Positions 1 through 14,281 of a stretch of 64,000 nucleotides of DNA are shown piece after piece. Source of the DNA: Phoronis australis. Its lineage: Eukaryota > Animalia > Phoronida. The stretch spans positions 344,898-408,897 of the forward strand of contig NMRA01000314.1 of the NCBI GenBank assembly GCA_002633005.1. The letters run 5' to 3'. The notes beneath the pieces were generated by a model. It did no database searches. It worked only from the letters and a program-made list of their open reading frames with translations, and was not told the DNA's origin. Position 1 is the first letter of the stretch; each line of letters opens with the position of its first letter. The position numbers and the translations under genes were made by a program.

Positions 1-1959
1 ACTGACTGCGAATAACTGATGTCTGTATTACTGAGCATGGACGCTTGAAAAGTAAAATTAAACAATTATGGGGGTGGCATTTAAACAAACTAAGTGTTTA
101 CCCTGACCATTGACGACACTCATCATCCCTAGGTCCTAGTATTACCTGCAGAATAGTTGGGAATGAATTTGACCTTATTTCTACATTAGCGGAAAACTAC
201 ACCTAGCTCAGTTCATTTTTGCAAAACCAGTTGTACCACAATGCATCACTGAACCATTGGATCATGGGAAAAACTTGATGTAGCAGAACACAGTATGGGG
301 AAAGTGGACATATATATCTGAAGACACAGGGGCAAGGATGTCTCCTTGAAAGAAACCTGTTCGCCTAACTCCAAAGATACAGAGACAAACCTTAAAAAAA
401 ATCCTAAAATTGCCCCCAAGGAGCACGATGATAGTGAATGGCAGAGACGATGGCAATATACACTCACATATATATATGTGGACGCACAAAATTACCAAAA
501 GACCTTTTCAACAAATTTTTCAAAATCACAAGTCATGGAGTGCTCCACCAAAACAAAACACCATCAAGCTATCTCGACCTCACCTGTTACACGAGACCGC
601 CAATCACTCAAAATATGAGAGGCTATTCCTGACATAGTATACGATAACATAGGTATGACAGGAGTAAATAATGCGTGAAACAATCCAGTTCACCATAGGT
701 AAGTGGTTATTGACTACACCATCTGCACACAGACCCAGTGTAGCAGTGACTGGGGTAGAGAGCTTGACCAAACAAAGTGGATGACCAGTGGATAGACAAA
801 CAGTGGCCACAATGAACTGACCAGGGCTCTGTAAACAAGCAGAGTGGCCTACAGTTGAGCACAAGCTGACCTGTAGAGACTTGAGTGTGAACAATTAATG
901 GTGTTATAGCTATTCAAGATATGATACAGGCTATTTATGTAGTACTACAGCACAGGAACTTCAACTAGCACAACGGTTGTTTACTTTGAACTCTGGCAAA
1001 GATTCTTTGACTAAGGGTCAACAGTAGTAGCAGTACATATGGCAAGTAGTCCCAGCCTGATACATAGTACATACGGCAGGTAGTCCCAGCCTGATACATG
1101 GAAGGTGCACCAGTGCTGCGCTGCCATGTGATAACCAGACTTACCAAGTGAAAACTATCAAGATTTGCAGAGCTTACTTTAGTCTTAGACTCAAAGTTTG
1201 CGATCAGAACATATTTTAGATCAGCATGACAACTTGCCATACCACATCGTCACCTCTCTCACTATACCGTCCCAACTTTAAAGCTTCATTGTACTTAACA
1301 CAAGATGTCGCTACGTTGTAATGCAATACGAATTTGACGACCAATTGCCACTTCTATTCTTATTTTAAACAATAAAATTGTACAGCGAACAGTGAATAGA
1401 CAAAATAGCAACAAAATGTCGAGAGTGTTGTACTGTGAACAGTCAGAGTAGACAAAATAGCAACAATGTCGATAGTGTACAAAATGGCAGGAAGAGCTCT
1501 ACACTCGCGTGAAGTAGGAAGATAAGTTAAGACGGGTATGATCACTAGTCCAGTCTTTTCAAGCATACAAACTTCAGATTGGTCTAAATCACTTTTCATC
1601 ATGGGTGTAAAATGATTGTGGTCAAGAAAGAATGTTAGTCCACCGATCTGTAATGTGAGAGGACCTTTAAAAGTTCTTCAACTGTCATAAATGGAAGCGT
1701 TGATTAAATTTAATGTACTAGTCAAATGCCTTACCATGGAGACACCATGTGGGAGTACTTTTTACACTATTTCAACAAACTGAAGTCCTTTTTGTGATGA
1801 TAGACAAAGCTGTTGCAAAGCATTCATTTCATCACAAGGTCGATACTGACTACAAACCATGTATCCATTTACTCCAAGACACAACTCTATGCACTTGTCA
1901 AAAGAGAATTAAAAGAGATAGATTGTTCATTAGCGCCATGATAAGCAATATTCACTCAC

Positions 1960-1980
1960 CAAGCAAGAGTAACAGTGTGA
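1960..1980 (-). CDS. Candidate 21-nt microexon (SHCYSCL in phase 0)
   Basis: About 90-nt AG-free, T-rich tract, catacag acceptor, TTG|gtgagt donor, length divisible by 3. Confidence 0.4.
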
Positions 1981-3352
1981 CTGTATGAATGTGACAAGAA
2001 TAAGTGCGTACAGTGCCGACAACAATTACAATAATTAAAGAAGACAATGAAGACAATCAGAGATAATTACAGCTCATCCAGGCACAACTCTTGTGCAGGA
2101 AAAGAACTAATAGATCTCACTTATTTCGTGTCCTCCTTTTGTGTGATTTACTCAGAAATTTTCAAGGGCTTTGTTTTCTTTATTCGACAGTTACTTGTTC
2201 CACAAAAAGTAAAGTTGTAGTGATGTCTAATGACAATCATTCTCAATCAACACTGATCAGCATATGACACCGAAAATGAAGATTTTTTTACTGATTTTAC
2301 AAAAAATTCTACGACTTTTCCATATTGTTCCCAAACAAGTGACGTCAAAGGATTGCCTGTATCACAAACAAGAGTACTTGCCAAAACAGACTCCTTTTTA
2401 TGTAATGATGGTTTCTAACAATATTGTTGAATGTCAACAAATTTCAAAACATTGTTTGAAGGTAACTATAGTAACAAGCCTTCTATGGAAAAAATGAAAA
2501 AATAAAATTTCACTTGTCAGCCATATTGTGTCCTAAACTGGTTAGATTTGACCACGGTTGTTTTTGTTGCATTTTCCTAATGCACACCGAATACAATTAT
2601 TAACGCAAGAATGAGCAAGATAAGCAAATAGTTCAATCAAATAAGATTTTGGACCTCTTCAAGGACACTAAGCCAAGATTTCCTAACAACGAATCACACA
2701 AAGAGTTGTTCACGTATTAATCGGTGTTAAATTCACTAGACACTCTGCTTTGCACACTTTATCACAGTTCATAAAACTTATTTTAACATCTAAATGTTTC
2801 ACCACTGTTACAGGCCAGTCACGGGAACTTCACACTACATCTATCCAATGACAATACGACTAAATAAAGAGAGTGTTTCAAGACTGTTGCAGAGGACTTA
2901 AATAAACAGCTAACTTTCCAGCTACGGCAGAGAAAAGATATTTTCTGAAATCTAGAATTTGCAAGACTGCATTCATAATTCTATGTATATTGTGAAAACA
3001 ATCAATTGCAAACTTAAAGCCATAATAAACCCGAGGTTTCTGTCAAAAGGGTTTGATTTAGATAGCTTACCTTCATGATATTTGTCTCAAAGTGTTCCTA
3101 AGTCCAAATAGATATGATTTCTGGACTCGAAGAGAACCAACAGCTCACAATTTCTTCAGATCAAGCTATAAAAATTTCAGTTCACAAAGCTTGGAGTTTT
3201 TCCAGAGCCCCAAGATCACAACCTGACTGAGCCTTAAGGAACAAGACAAAACCAATTTTATTATGGTAAGTGGCCCATGTCATACTTGTTTGACAGAAAG
3301 GATGGGTTAATTGCTGCTTTAAGACAACAGCTATTATTTGTCAGAGAGTAGT

Positions 3353-3745
3353 GCCGTTTACACTACAAAAGTTGACACGGATTAGCTGACACGGAAGGAG
3401 ATGTTCCAGTGTGTAAACGGGACTGACACGGAGCAAATTGACACCGCGGTGACAACTTTTGCCACCCGTTTGTGAGGTGGGGCAATTTGCACTCGAACAT
3501 CTTGCTCCGTGTCAATTGTATGTCTAAACGCGAAACTGGGACAAGGCGGAAAGGATCAGCATTACTGCGCATGTGCAATGACCTATATACGAAATCTCTG
3601 TCTCTGCAACTCCCACTATTTGAAAACCTGCGCATGTGCACTCCACTCTCCAGCGTACAACTTCCGTCTTGCCACAGTTAATGAAATTGCGCGCGTAAAC
3701 GGCCACTTGACACCGATCAAGTTGCTCCGTGTCAGTTGCGCTGGA
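3353..3745. mobile_element. Non-autonomous DNA transposon (MITE-like) fragment with subterminal repeats
   Basis: CpG-rich; repeated TGACACGG motifs on the left, inverted TTGCTCCGTGTCA on the right; CCGTTTAC / GTAAACGG inverted motifs. Confidence 0.55.
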
Positions 3746-6700
3746 TCAAAAAACGATGTCTAAAAGGGATTAAAGCCAAGGATTCCTGGTCCAACTATTC
3801 TTGTAAAGTTACTATCTGACCAGTATAACAAATAGCCTGCTGTGAAATGCCGTGAATTATCTTAAACAGACAACTAGACAGGCAAACAGTTCATTAATAA
3901 CACTCTAAATTCCTGGAAATGAAAGAAACCTGGTGGCTGACAATAATAAATCCTCTACTGAAGGCTCCTCTCTGGATGCACTTTATCTCTGAGCAGGTGG
4001 GTTCATTCACTGCAAATTACCTGCATGGGGAGCTTTTTTGAGTTGAATTGACTGCTGAAAAACTAACTTCAGAGTTTGGGTAAGTGCACTCCAGCGTGAG
4101 TTTTCTGAATTAACAAGTACCCAGATATAAACAGGCAATTTCATTAACCCAAAAGCTTGAAGCAGCTGACAACACTAAAACATTAACTGGTAAACAGGTA
4201 AACACAATGGCTTTAGTTAAGCACAGTTTCCTTTCAAGTCTATTTTAACTCATCTGTGCCCTTACGTATTACATCTACCCTTTGTTCAAACAATTAATAA
4301 AAAGTGTAGCTGAAAGGCTTTGGTTTTTGCAGTGTAATATTTCACCTACGAATAAAAATGAGTTTCAGGTCACCCAGTTAGTACAAGAACCCTTTTCAGC
4401 TTTTCTGCACTAAAAAATATCTGATTACAAGACTTGCGCGCTAAGTTAAAAAAATAAAAATAAAAACTACAAGATGAAAGTCTTGATTTCTGCCACATAC
4501 GTTACAAACAAAACGGTGTTGTAGGTCACATACCTAATTCAGCCCTGGAGTGCTTTTCAACTTTTTTCGTGCTTAATTGCAACACGGAAAAATCAGCAGA
4601 CGCCCAAAGTCGCAGAGATAAATTTTCAAGTTTCCACCGACCTTGAGCAACACAGTTACCTTGGCCCTGGAGTCTAACTAACGTCAGTTACATTATCTAG
4701 AACATGATTAAGTTGATCAGAACGCATTAGCAGAAGCGTGTTACAAGGCAATAGCAGAGCTTCTATTCCCATGGCGACAGGGCACCTCAGGTGAAGAACA
4801 TTTCTAAAAACAAATTTTTAATTTGAATACCAAATACTATGTCAACTATCTGAGTGGTCACTAACACCCCACTGGAGCTTGAAATTCAACAATCAATAAA
4901 CTTCGCCAAATGTCAGTTAAAATTTGAATTTTCACTCTTCCTATCAATCAGCAGCAGTCGCCATAGTAACAAGAAAAAATCAAGAGCTATCATTACTTTA
5001 TATTAAATACAGATTGCTAGAAATCGACTCACTGATTAAATGCATTACAGCCTGGTAGTGGATTAAAGTAATCCAGTTATGCATTGAAGAGTAAAAAGAT
5101 TAACAACTGAAATATGCATTTCCAATAGTTCCAATGGTACCAATAGCTATCTGGCAAAATGACTCTGACGGACTACTTCAAGTTAAACGGAAACAAAGCG
5201 CTTAGAAACTACTGTATGAATTGTTCGATTTAGAAACCTACACAGTCTTCAATTTTGAGGATGAACATAGGCTACTAATTGAATTACACGTATTTTGTAT
5301 AAATACCTAACATGACCACACTTCCTTATGATCACATAGTCTTCATTAGCTCTCAAGTTATAGACATGATACTCAATTTCTTTGGGAAATTTTCCATTTC
5401 CTCAATGTAATTTAAGTTACGTATTAAGAGCATTCTTGCTAAAGGTTCGCCATGAAGGTAACTAGAACCTTATCAAAAAGTCTGCAATTTTTAGCTCAGT
5501 AAAAACACAAATTTTCTGAAATTAGAAAGTCTGTACAATTTTTTTCATGACTTGATACGAATCTGTCATTAAGTGGGTCATGTGACTGGTGTGACTTCTA
5601 AGTAAACGTTAGCAATAAAGAAAATATATCCAAAGCAAAACAACAGAACAGATAACATGATCAAATTTCGCTTGATGCAAATGCTATAGACCAATATAAT
5701 CTGTTGTATTTTTTACGATTTCATAATATATTTCCAATTCTTGCCATTGTCTGCCAAATATTCTTGACTTAACCACTTAAATATGTTTAAAAGTCTTTGC
5801 CATTTACCCAGTGAGATTTAGCTTGCAGCAGAAGGTTGTGACTGCGGACGTTGCAGGTTTGATTCCATGCTGAGGCTGATCTCATAAAATAACTTCTCTG
5901 ACCAGTTACGTCCCTTTGAATTTTCATTTTCTTTTATGGAACGTGATGTTTTCATAAAGATCATTAAGTCCTGTCTTTCATAACCCTCACGCAAATGTGA
6001 AAGAATGTAGAACCAATTCCTAATAGTGTTTTGGAGAACTGTGCAAATAAACGCATATTATCTGAAAGTTTCAAATAAATTAGATAAGCCATTACTCTGT
6101 AATGAAGTTCCGAAGTTAGCCGAAATATTGTACATTTTTCTACGATCCTATACAACTTTAAGAGAAGAAGTTTGGATGACAAAATTGTTACAAGAGCAGA
6201 CCATTTACGATCATCGTCCTTGCTGCTGATGGCGGCCATCTTTAGTGTTTCCTGCACTTTATGTCAGTATAAACTATCACAAAACATGTTCAATTGACCT
6301 TACCGATGAACGCCATAACATCAACACTAGTCAACAAGGCAAATACCATTAGCTTGGTAAACCAACCAGATAATTATACCACTGAACATTCTAATTAACA
6401 TTTGGAAAAACTAACTTTGCTTCCCCTCAAGGTAAAGAAAGCTCCACCAACACTAAGATTTAGTTCTTAGAATCGTTGGTCTATATAAGCTGAATTGAAG
6501 TCTCGAGAGAATTCAGCCAGGGAATTTCATTTGGAACATTAAGTATAGCAAAGACTAGGTACATATTGTACAATCAGTCAGCAGGTCTCTAAGGAGTTGA
6601 GCCATTTTCCGAGGCTGTGTAGTGCACTTTGAAACAAATAGCAGCCAGTGTAGAACAAATGAATGATTTGAAGAATTTATGTTTAAAGCCAAGGATTACC

Positions 6701-9200
6701 AGATTGAAGATGACAATGTTAAAGAGTATAATTAATATAACTGATGTTTTCTATAAATAGCGCATTTTGTTTCCAATGGCAAAGTTCTAACATCTTTCCA
6801 CCAAATGTGTGTGTTCACTGTTTTTAGTCTGTTGACAACATTACATAATTTATGTTAATTATGGTGCAATCAAACCAACAACTAGCCAACAAAAAAGTCT
6901 GGCATATGAACCTTCAACAAGTAGTTATCATTCAGGTTCGCTAGTAACATTGGTCATCAAGAATAGACCCGTCCTGAAATACAACAGCACCACTTTCATT
7001 CTTAGCTGTTTACCCACAATGCAACACATGTATCAAGCACCCGCTCTGCTTCTTTACATGTAAATGTAGCAGTCACTACAATTGCATATTCTGCAGTCAT
7101 GCAATGCACCTCCACTCAATGCGGCGTAGAACTATACCATATCCTCCGAAAGTGGTTGCGGTTACCACCAGAGAAGTTCAATTAGGCTTTTCAAAATAAT
7201 GAGGTTGGCATCAAGCTGAACATGGGCACTTATAATTCCTGAGAAATCGAAGGGGTGGACGCTAAACCCGAACGTTAAATCAGGTACACTACCCAGGGAG
7301 TTAGTGATGTTGGACTTGATGTGCAAGGATCTATTCAAAGACTGATGGATTGTAGACAAAGAACAATAACACGCTCACCTTTAGTAAGTCCTGCAGAAGC
7401 TGACTGATTGTTAAAGTGCACCGAGTTGAGTACTTTTTGGGAGCTAGAATGCTAATGAAATGTGAATTGTCAGAGATACAGGCAGTTTTAAGGAAGTCTC
7501 AGACACATATTTGAATTCAAAGAGCCATTCCTGAGATACGATGCTCTGAAAATTAGTCAAACTTGGCCATTATTCTGTGATCCCACATCACCTAAATCAT
7601 AGTATGCGGTGGTTTCATTTGAATCTGATTGGCCTTTTATGTAATATGATGTTCCAAAATTAGCTATATTTGGACACTTAGCCAAATTTGGACATTTGTC
7701 TAGAGTCCCACATAACCAATAATAAAGACCAACAAAAACACAAACTGTCCACTTTATGTATGACTTCCCTGATCAAGTTCGGCCAATGATTTTATTATTT
7801 CCATAAAGTTGTAACAATTTTTTCATTTTTTTATTGTAAGATATTTTATCAACAAGTTACTTGATGTAATCATCAAGTTTAACATTTCAAAATATATGTT
7901 TTCTTGATAAGTGATTCCTTGAGGATCATCAAACCATACTATGACCCTACAGTACTCACAGTAGTATTGTTTATTTATTATAGTGATATCTACATCAGTT
8001 TATTAACACCAACAACATATGAATTCTGAAAACAAAAACTATACTTGATAACGACACGTAATAACGATTAACAAATCAAACATAACAATAACAACATTTA
8101 AGCTGTAGTGCTAACTAGGCTGTTACACAAATATGGTTATTGTAGTAACAGCAAGCTAGACTACAAATAGGCAACTGTAATAAGATAAAACAATAGACAG
8201 CTATCTAAACGATATGATAACACTATTGAAACTATATAACTGGTGCTTTTTGACACTTTAAAGACACCAGGAAAATAGTGAGTTCCTTTGATGTCTAACT
8301 GCATCACTTTATTTTATCACCTCTAACTGTACACATACACGGGTTCAACAATAAGCAATCTAACTATTGAGAATTTAAAACATAATTGCAATCAAACATT
8401 TTAGAACCTTGCGCAATTGGGTTTTCATACTGACCCTCAGCGTATTTCCAGCAGCATGCCATATCTGCCCTGAAACACAGCTTACCTCGATGAAATGATC
8501 AAGTTTTGTATTACCTTGTCAGAAAATAGTACAGATGGCAAAAAATGAACCATGCTTAAAATAGGGAACAGTTTGTATTACCGGGCATCGTGTCATTAAT
8601 TAATCTTAGTAGGAAAAATGTTATTAGGCAGAAACTTTTTGAATAAAGTTGAATCTTACCCGATAATCTTGTGTCCATCTCCGACTTAAAAAGAAGCAAT
8701 GGTAATATTAAGTCTGTTCTTGAGTAGGCAGGTTTTACAGTAACCTTGACAACAGTCCTAGAACTTGTTAAAATAAACATTGCACTACTCCTTGATTTTT
8801 GTTTAAAGCTTCAGGCTTGTTTTCCAGCCCACTCAAGAATAAGAAGAAAGGTATTTTAGAGTGAAGGGTAGATTATGACTTTTACCACTCAAAGTGGCAA
8901 ACACCTGACTTTTGACCAAGCAGTTTTTAGTAGGCTTGATGCTGACTACATTGGTCAATGAAAAGCAAAATATCTGTATGCTGACTATTTTCACAATCCT
9001 GATCTTATTGTTACTTAGTTGGAACCTAAATTTTTCCAGAAAAAATACTCTGCAAACAAAAAGCACGAGTTATGCAACACGAAAAGTAAAACAAAATTTA
9101 TATCAATTAGTAATTTGATGAAACACTGTTTTGTTTCTCTAATGATAAAAAAATTGTCCAAAACTGATGCCATTCCTTCAAATTACTGGGAAGTGGCAGT

Positions 9201-9660
9201 CTATTGGCCAGGATTTTGAGTGACAGCTTAACTGACCATTTAGAACGAAGCATTATTGACACACCTTCGTTTCCAAGCTACCATTTTACCCGACAAACAC
9301 GTTGCCGGGTAAAGCGTATTGTTTGTTAGTCGACGTTACGCAAGGGGGCGGGGCTTAAGATAGGTCAATTATAGTCCCAGCTAGGATCACAAACCTTTTG
9401 CTAAGCTATGTTTACCGAGGCCAACTGGGACAGTTGCATGACTAAGAAAAGTCTTCACAAAGACACACATTCACTGACCTTGCACATCAACTGACCTATC
9501 GCAAGCTCCGCCCCCTTGTGAAATGTCGACAAACAAACAATATGTTTTACCCAGCAACGTGTTGTTTGTCTGGTAAAACGGCGGCTTGGAAACAAAGGTC
9601 TATCAAGAATGCTGCGTTCTGATTGGTCACTTAAGCTGTCACTCAAAGTCCTAGTAATAG
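9201..9660. mobile_element. MITE with about 170-bp imperfect terminal inverted repeats
   Basis: ctattggccaggattttgagtgacagcttaa... mirrored by ...ttaagctgtcactcaaagtcctagtaatag; pairing continues inward to gataggtca/tgacctatc. Confidence 0.85.
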
Positions 9661-11672
9661 GTCAATTTCAGAAGGCTATTGGGCATGACCACCCCCCACA
9701 CGGATGATTGACAATCAACCGAAAAATTCTAAGCCACTATTCAGAATAGTTACCCATCCAAGCCCAAAATGCAGGCTTATGTTTTGGAGAAATGCTATCA
9801 TAAGGTTAGCATGTGCAGTGAAATAGCTGGGCATATGAGGACAGCCTTGTGAGATGGCCCTGTCCTTGTGAGATGGTCATGTACATGATATTAAACAGCT
9901 GGCCTCTAGAATCTGTACATGTGTACCCTGAGGCTAAAATTATTATCTTAATAACATGATGCCTGTGGTAAGCCATCAATATCCCAGCATCTATCAGGTG
10001 TTTTCATATAGACTACAATTTTAATTTTATTTTGGTCGAAATCTTCATTAAGGAATAGACAGGCTACTGCTTTTCAATTTGAATGGACTAGATTTAGCTT
10101 TTATGTTGTGTCCTGACCCATCTTGCTTTTAGGTGATGTAATATTATAGTAAAGGTCAATGTTATTCATGGCTAGACATGTAACTTGTCTAAGAAGAATC
10201 TGTGATGCCCTTTATTCAATGGAGAACACACTATAAATCATGAGCCCCTTAGCTTATCCTAGAGGCTGCCCATTATGAGATATCCAATAACATTAGAACC
10301 AAGCAGCAAAGTGCAATGGATTATTCACTGAACCACAATCTTTCGGTAAACAACATTTCATTCACAGTTTAATTTAACAAAGAGCCCAGAACAAGAACAA
10401 ACTTTTCATATTTGTTAATTTCTATAATTAATTGTCCAAAAACACTTCATGCAAAATTCATGCTTGAAATGCAAGGGGCAGCCAATTATGTAAAAGTCAG
10501 TATTCTCCTAAATAGGTCAGGGGGGTGACACCACTCACTCCTACAACTCACACCTTGAAAGTCACAATTCGCACACCTTATGTAAAGCCCTAAGTTTGAA
10601 CCCCCAATTCTGAAGTCCTAGATGAGTTCTTGCGCAGCACTTGTTTCTACTTTTTCAATGTTAACCTTGATTTCAAATCTGAATTTCGCCACATGTCTAA
10701 TTAACTACAGAATTTATCTGAGTAGAATTATATATCATTCAAAATAGAAAACATGAGGACTCTAATTGCAAACCTCATACAAATCTATCATATGATCCTA
10801 GTTTAAAAGAAAAAACATCAAATGACAATAATAACACGTCATTTAAGACAATACATTCTGGCTTAGGAAAAGATTTATACTGGCAACACCTCGCGGATTG
10901 TGAAAAAAAATATATGTCTAAACTTTTAAAATACCTGTGAAGTCTGAGTAACAAGCTGGATGGAATCACAACAAACAAATGCACTTATCTCATGTGAGCA
11001 AAGCAAGTGCTTTCCCAGACATCAATATACGCCTGCAGCTTTTAAGCCTGTTATTCAGACCAAAAAAACAGAAAAAAAAAACGTTACGTTTCGAGGATAA
11101 TTAGATTTGAATTCCGGAAATCATCCCCAAGCTGACAATTTCAAAGCGTGTGCACCATGTTACATCAAGTACTTAACTATGCTCCTTAGCAGCACCAACT
11201 TGGCAGCAACTTGTGAACAATACTCTGATGTAGCAACTGAGCAATAACTCAGACAGGAGTGACATACATCACGCAGGCATTCAACTTAATGAGCATCCCT
11301 TTGTTTGGTTTACCATATGACAACATTATCAATAACTAGTTCGATGAGATATAAAGGTTCATCAAAATCTAGAGACCAGCAGAGCACCGCCTCGCAGCAA
11401 AATTGTTTAAAAGTGTGAACTGAGCAATATACTCTACAGGTGTGATGTAACTGAGCAACATACTACACAGGTGTCATCTAACTGACATTAAGAGTGGTTT
11501 CAAAGCTGAACCACTTGGTAGCACGCTTCGGTAATTTACATAATTCTTTACGCAGAACTAAGACATAGTCGCTCTCATCAGTGAGCACACTCACCTGTCA
11601 GGTGTGTATCTCCGGTGTATCCCACAGCCTTACCTGTGCCCTAAGTGTTCCACGACTCTACAGGGGTCATAC

Positions 11673-11678
11673 CTGATA
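11673..11678 (-). CDS. Candidate 6-nt microexon (TATCAG = YQ)
   Basis: About 55-nt AG-free, T-rich tract, then ttgcag|TATCAG|gtatga; phase 0 fits exon 21. Confidence 0.35.
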
Positions 11679-12366
11679 CTGCAACATGCCCCAACGACAG
11701 ACGAATGACAGTGACAGACAGAAACAAGTCCATCCCACTTACTACCCACATCTCACATGACATGTCATCAACGCATCATCATTCATCACGTTCACTAAGT
11801 AAATACAATTCACAACTTCATCAACACAACTAACTCACAGACACTACAACACACGCTCTTAACATGCAGGTATTCCACTAGTCTCACTTCTAACATCCTT
11901 CAAGGTTATGTACGACACTTAAAAAATTCCGAAGTTGACTTCAGAAAACCATATTAATTTCCTGAAATGACTGACCAATTTCAGATAGTACTCTTTAGAA
12001 TCTTCATGAAAAATCAATTTTGCATAAAATGAAAACGAAACGGTCAGTTAGAAAATTCTCACAGTATTTTGGAGATTTCAAATAAAATTTGGTCGTGTTA
12101 TTGATACCAATTCCTTGCTATCAATGTACCTTTCTGCTAAGTTATACTAAAAATATATAGCCATGTGACCCAATTAATACCAGAGGGCTAAAAATCAAAA
12201 CATCTATAGGTTATCTACTTTCAGAAAATACAGACTTCTACTGAATTAAAATTTTAGTTTTATAGATATTTGGTTGAACTCACAGGCTTGTCCAGAAGGT
12301 CTTACATAACACTAAACGGGCACTAGTAACAGACAGCATTCAATGCTGTGTCATGGCTACTAGCCT

Positions 12367-13184
12367 TATTGCCATGTCTTGATACTGGCCATATTGCCAT
12401 GTCTTGATACTGGCCATATTGCCATGTCTTCATACTGGCCATATTGCCATGTCTTGATACTGGCCATATTGCCATGTCTTGATACTGGCCATATTGCCAT
12501 GTCTTGATACTGGCCATATTGCCATGTCTTGATACTGGCCATATTGCCATGTCTTGATACTGGCCATATTGCCATGTCTTGATACTGGCCATATTGCCAT
12601 GTCTTGATACTGGCCATATTGCCATGTCTTGATACTGGCCATATTGCCATGTCTTGATACTGGCCATATTGCCATGTCTTGATACTGGCCATATTGCCAT
12701 GTCTTGATACTGGCCATATTGCCATGTCTTGATACTGGCCATATTGCCATGTCTTGATACTGGCCATATTGCCATGTCTTGATACTGGCCATATTGCCAT
12801 GTCTTGATACTGGCCATATTGCCATGTCTTGATACTGGCCATATTGCCATGTCTTGATACTGGCCATATTGCCATGTCTTGATACTGGCCATATTGCCAT
12901 GTCTTGATACTGGCCATATTGCCATGTCTTGATACTGGCCATATTGCCATGTCTTGATACTGGCCATATTGCCATGTCTTGATACTGGCCATATTGCCAT
13001 GTCTTGATACTGGCCATATTGCCATGTCTTGATACTGGCCATATTGCCATGTCTTGATACTGGCCATATTGCCATGTCTTGATACTGGCCATATTGCCAT
13101 GTCTTGATACTGGCCATATTGCCATGTCTTGATACTGGCCATATTGCCATGTCTTGATACTGGCCATATTGCCATGTCTTGATA
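12367..13184. repeat. Near-perfect 25-bp minisatellite (TATTGCCATGTCTTGATACTGGCCA), about 33 copies
   Basis: Read directly; one visible substitution at 12431; no spacers. Confidence 0.97.
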
Positions 13185-13823
13185 ATTAAATGAGTACCTA
13201 AGTACGTAAACAACTAAGTTGCAGTACACAACACCTAAAGCAGCATCATGTAAAAACAACACAGACTAGAGAGTAGTCAACAATGGTAGTATCTCATTAG
13301 AATATCAAGATTTAATGAGATATTGCCTTGTAGCTTCAATGAGAACATCTGATTTTGGCTAGATTTTTCTCACAGCCAAAGTTATTGAACTCTATGATGA
13401 GATTGAACAAAAGAAATGGTCACAATATGCAGGTCTCTCCACAATGTCATCTTTAATGAGAGGTATTTTAGCGACACCTCATAATTTTGCACAGCAGTGA
13501 TTCAACAAAGTACTACTGAGAAGAAATTTCAGTAGTTTAGTACACATGAGTCAAACAAAGCCTGAATGAAGACATTTTACAAATCTGCGTGTCCCATCCT
13601 TAAACCCATCTCTTTAAGTAAGTCGGGGCTAAGGAGCACGGAATCTTTGCTTTTCTGTCAGTAGACCAAAGTCACACTAATCCAGCAGACAATGTTTCAA
13701 TCACTCATTCTGGGTTTCAATTTGTATCACGTGAATTCACACAAATGCACACAAATGCACACACATGCACATGCACACCTCACTGTGCACAGCCTTCACA
13801 TTACACTCAGTCGCCACGCCTAC

Positions 13824-13959
13824 CTTGTTGGAACGGCTACCACCAGAGGAGCTGCTATCTGACGTACTCGTGGTTGTAGTGGACGTAACAGAGATCATCG
13901 AGCCACGCTCCTGATAGTCAAAACTCATGTCATCCAATGAGGTGACATCGTCCAGATCC
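13824..13959 (-). CDS. TRIO: Trio exon 21, Ser/Thr-rich linker before the expected SH3 (DLDDVTSLDDMSFDYQERGSMISVTSTTTTSTSDSSSSGGSRSNK)
   Basis: caccag acceptor, AAG|gtaggc donor, 136 nt, phase 2/0 matches the preceding exon. Confidence 0.85.
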
Positions 13960-14281
13960 CTGGTGGCAAAAGTTGGAACCATTTACGGTTGAGCAATAAG
14001 AGTACAAGTAGGACATGCGCATGAACAAAACAGACTCTGTAATTGTCATATCCACTGACTCGTTCGTAGTTGGAAAGTTCAACAAAGTGGAGGTTGAGTG
14101 GGTAAAAATTGTCACAAAGAAGACAGCACTGATAATATGCTACTTACTGTTGATACTAGAACAATGCTATATCTCACGTCAACTAGGTCAAGCCAAAATC
14201 ACAAACTTCAGCAAACTTGTTTAAAACCTTGAATCTGTAAATTTTAACACGCTCTACCTCGAGTGAATTCCTTGGGAATTG

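Noticed and set aside
604-894. SH3 exon of Trio
   Set aside because: No SH3 signature in any minus frame; looks like a degenerate tandem repeat
12323-13262. Three long ORFs (245-298 aa) and a possible CRISPR-like array
   Set aside because: The ORFs result from a stop-free 25-bp minisatellite; there are no unique spacers or cas genes and the context is eukaryotic
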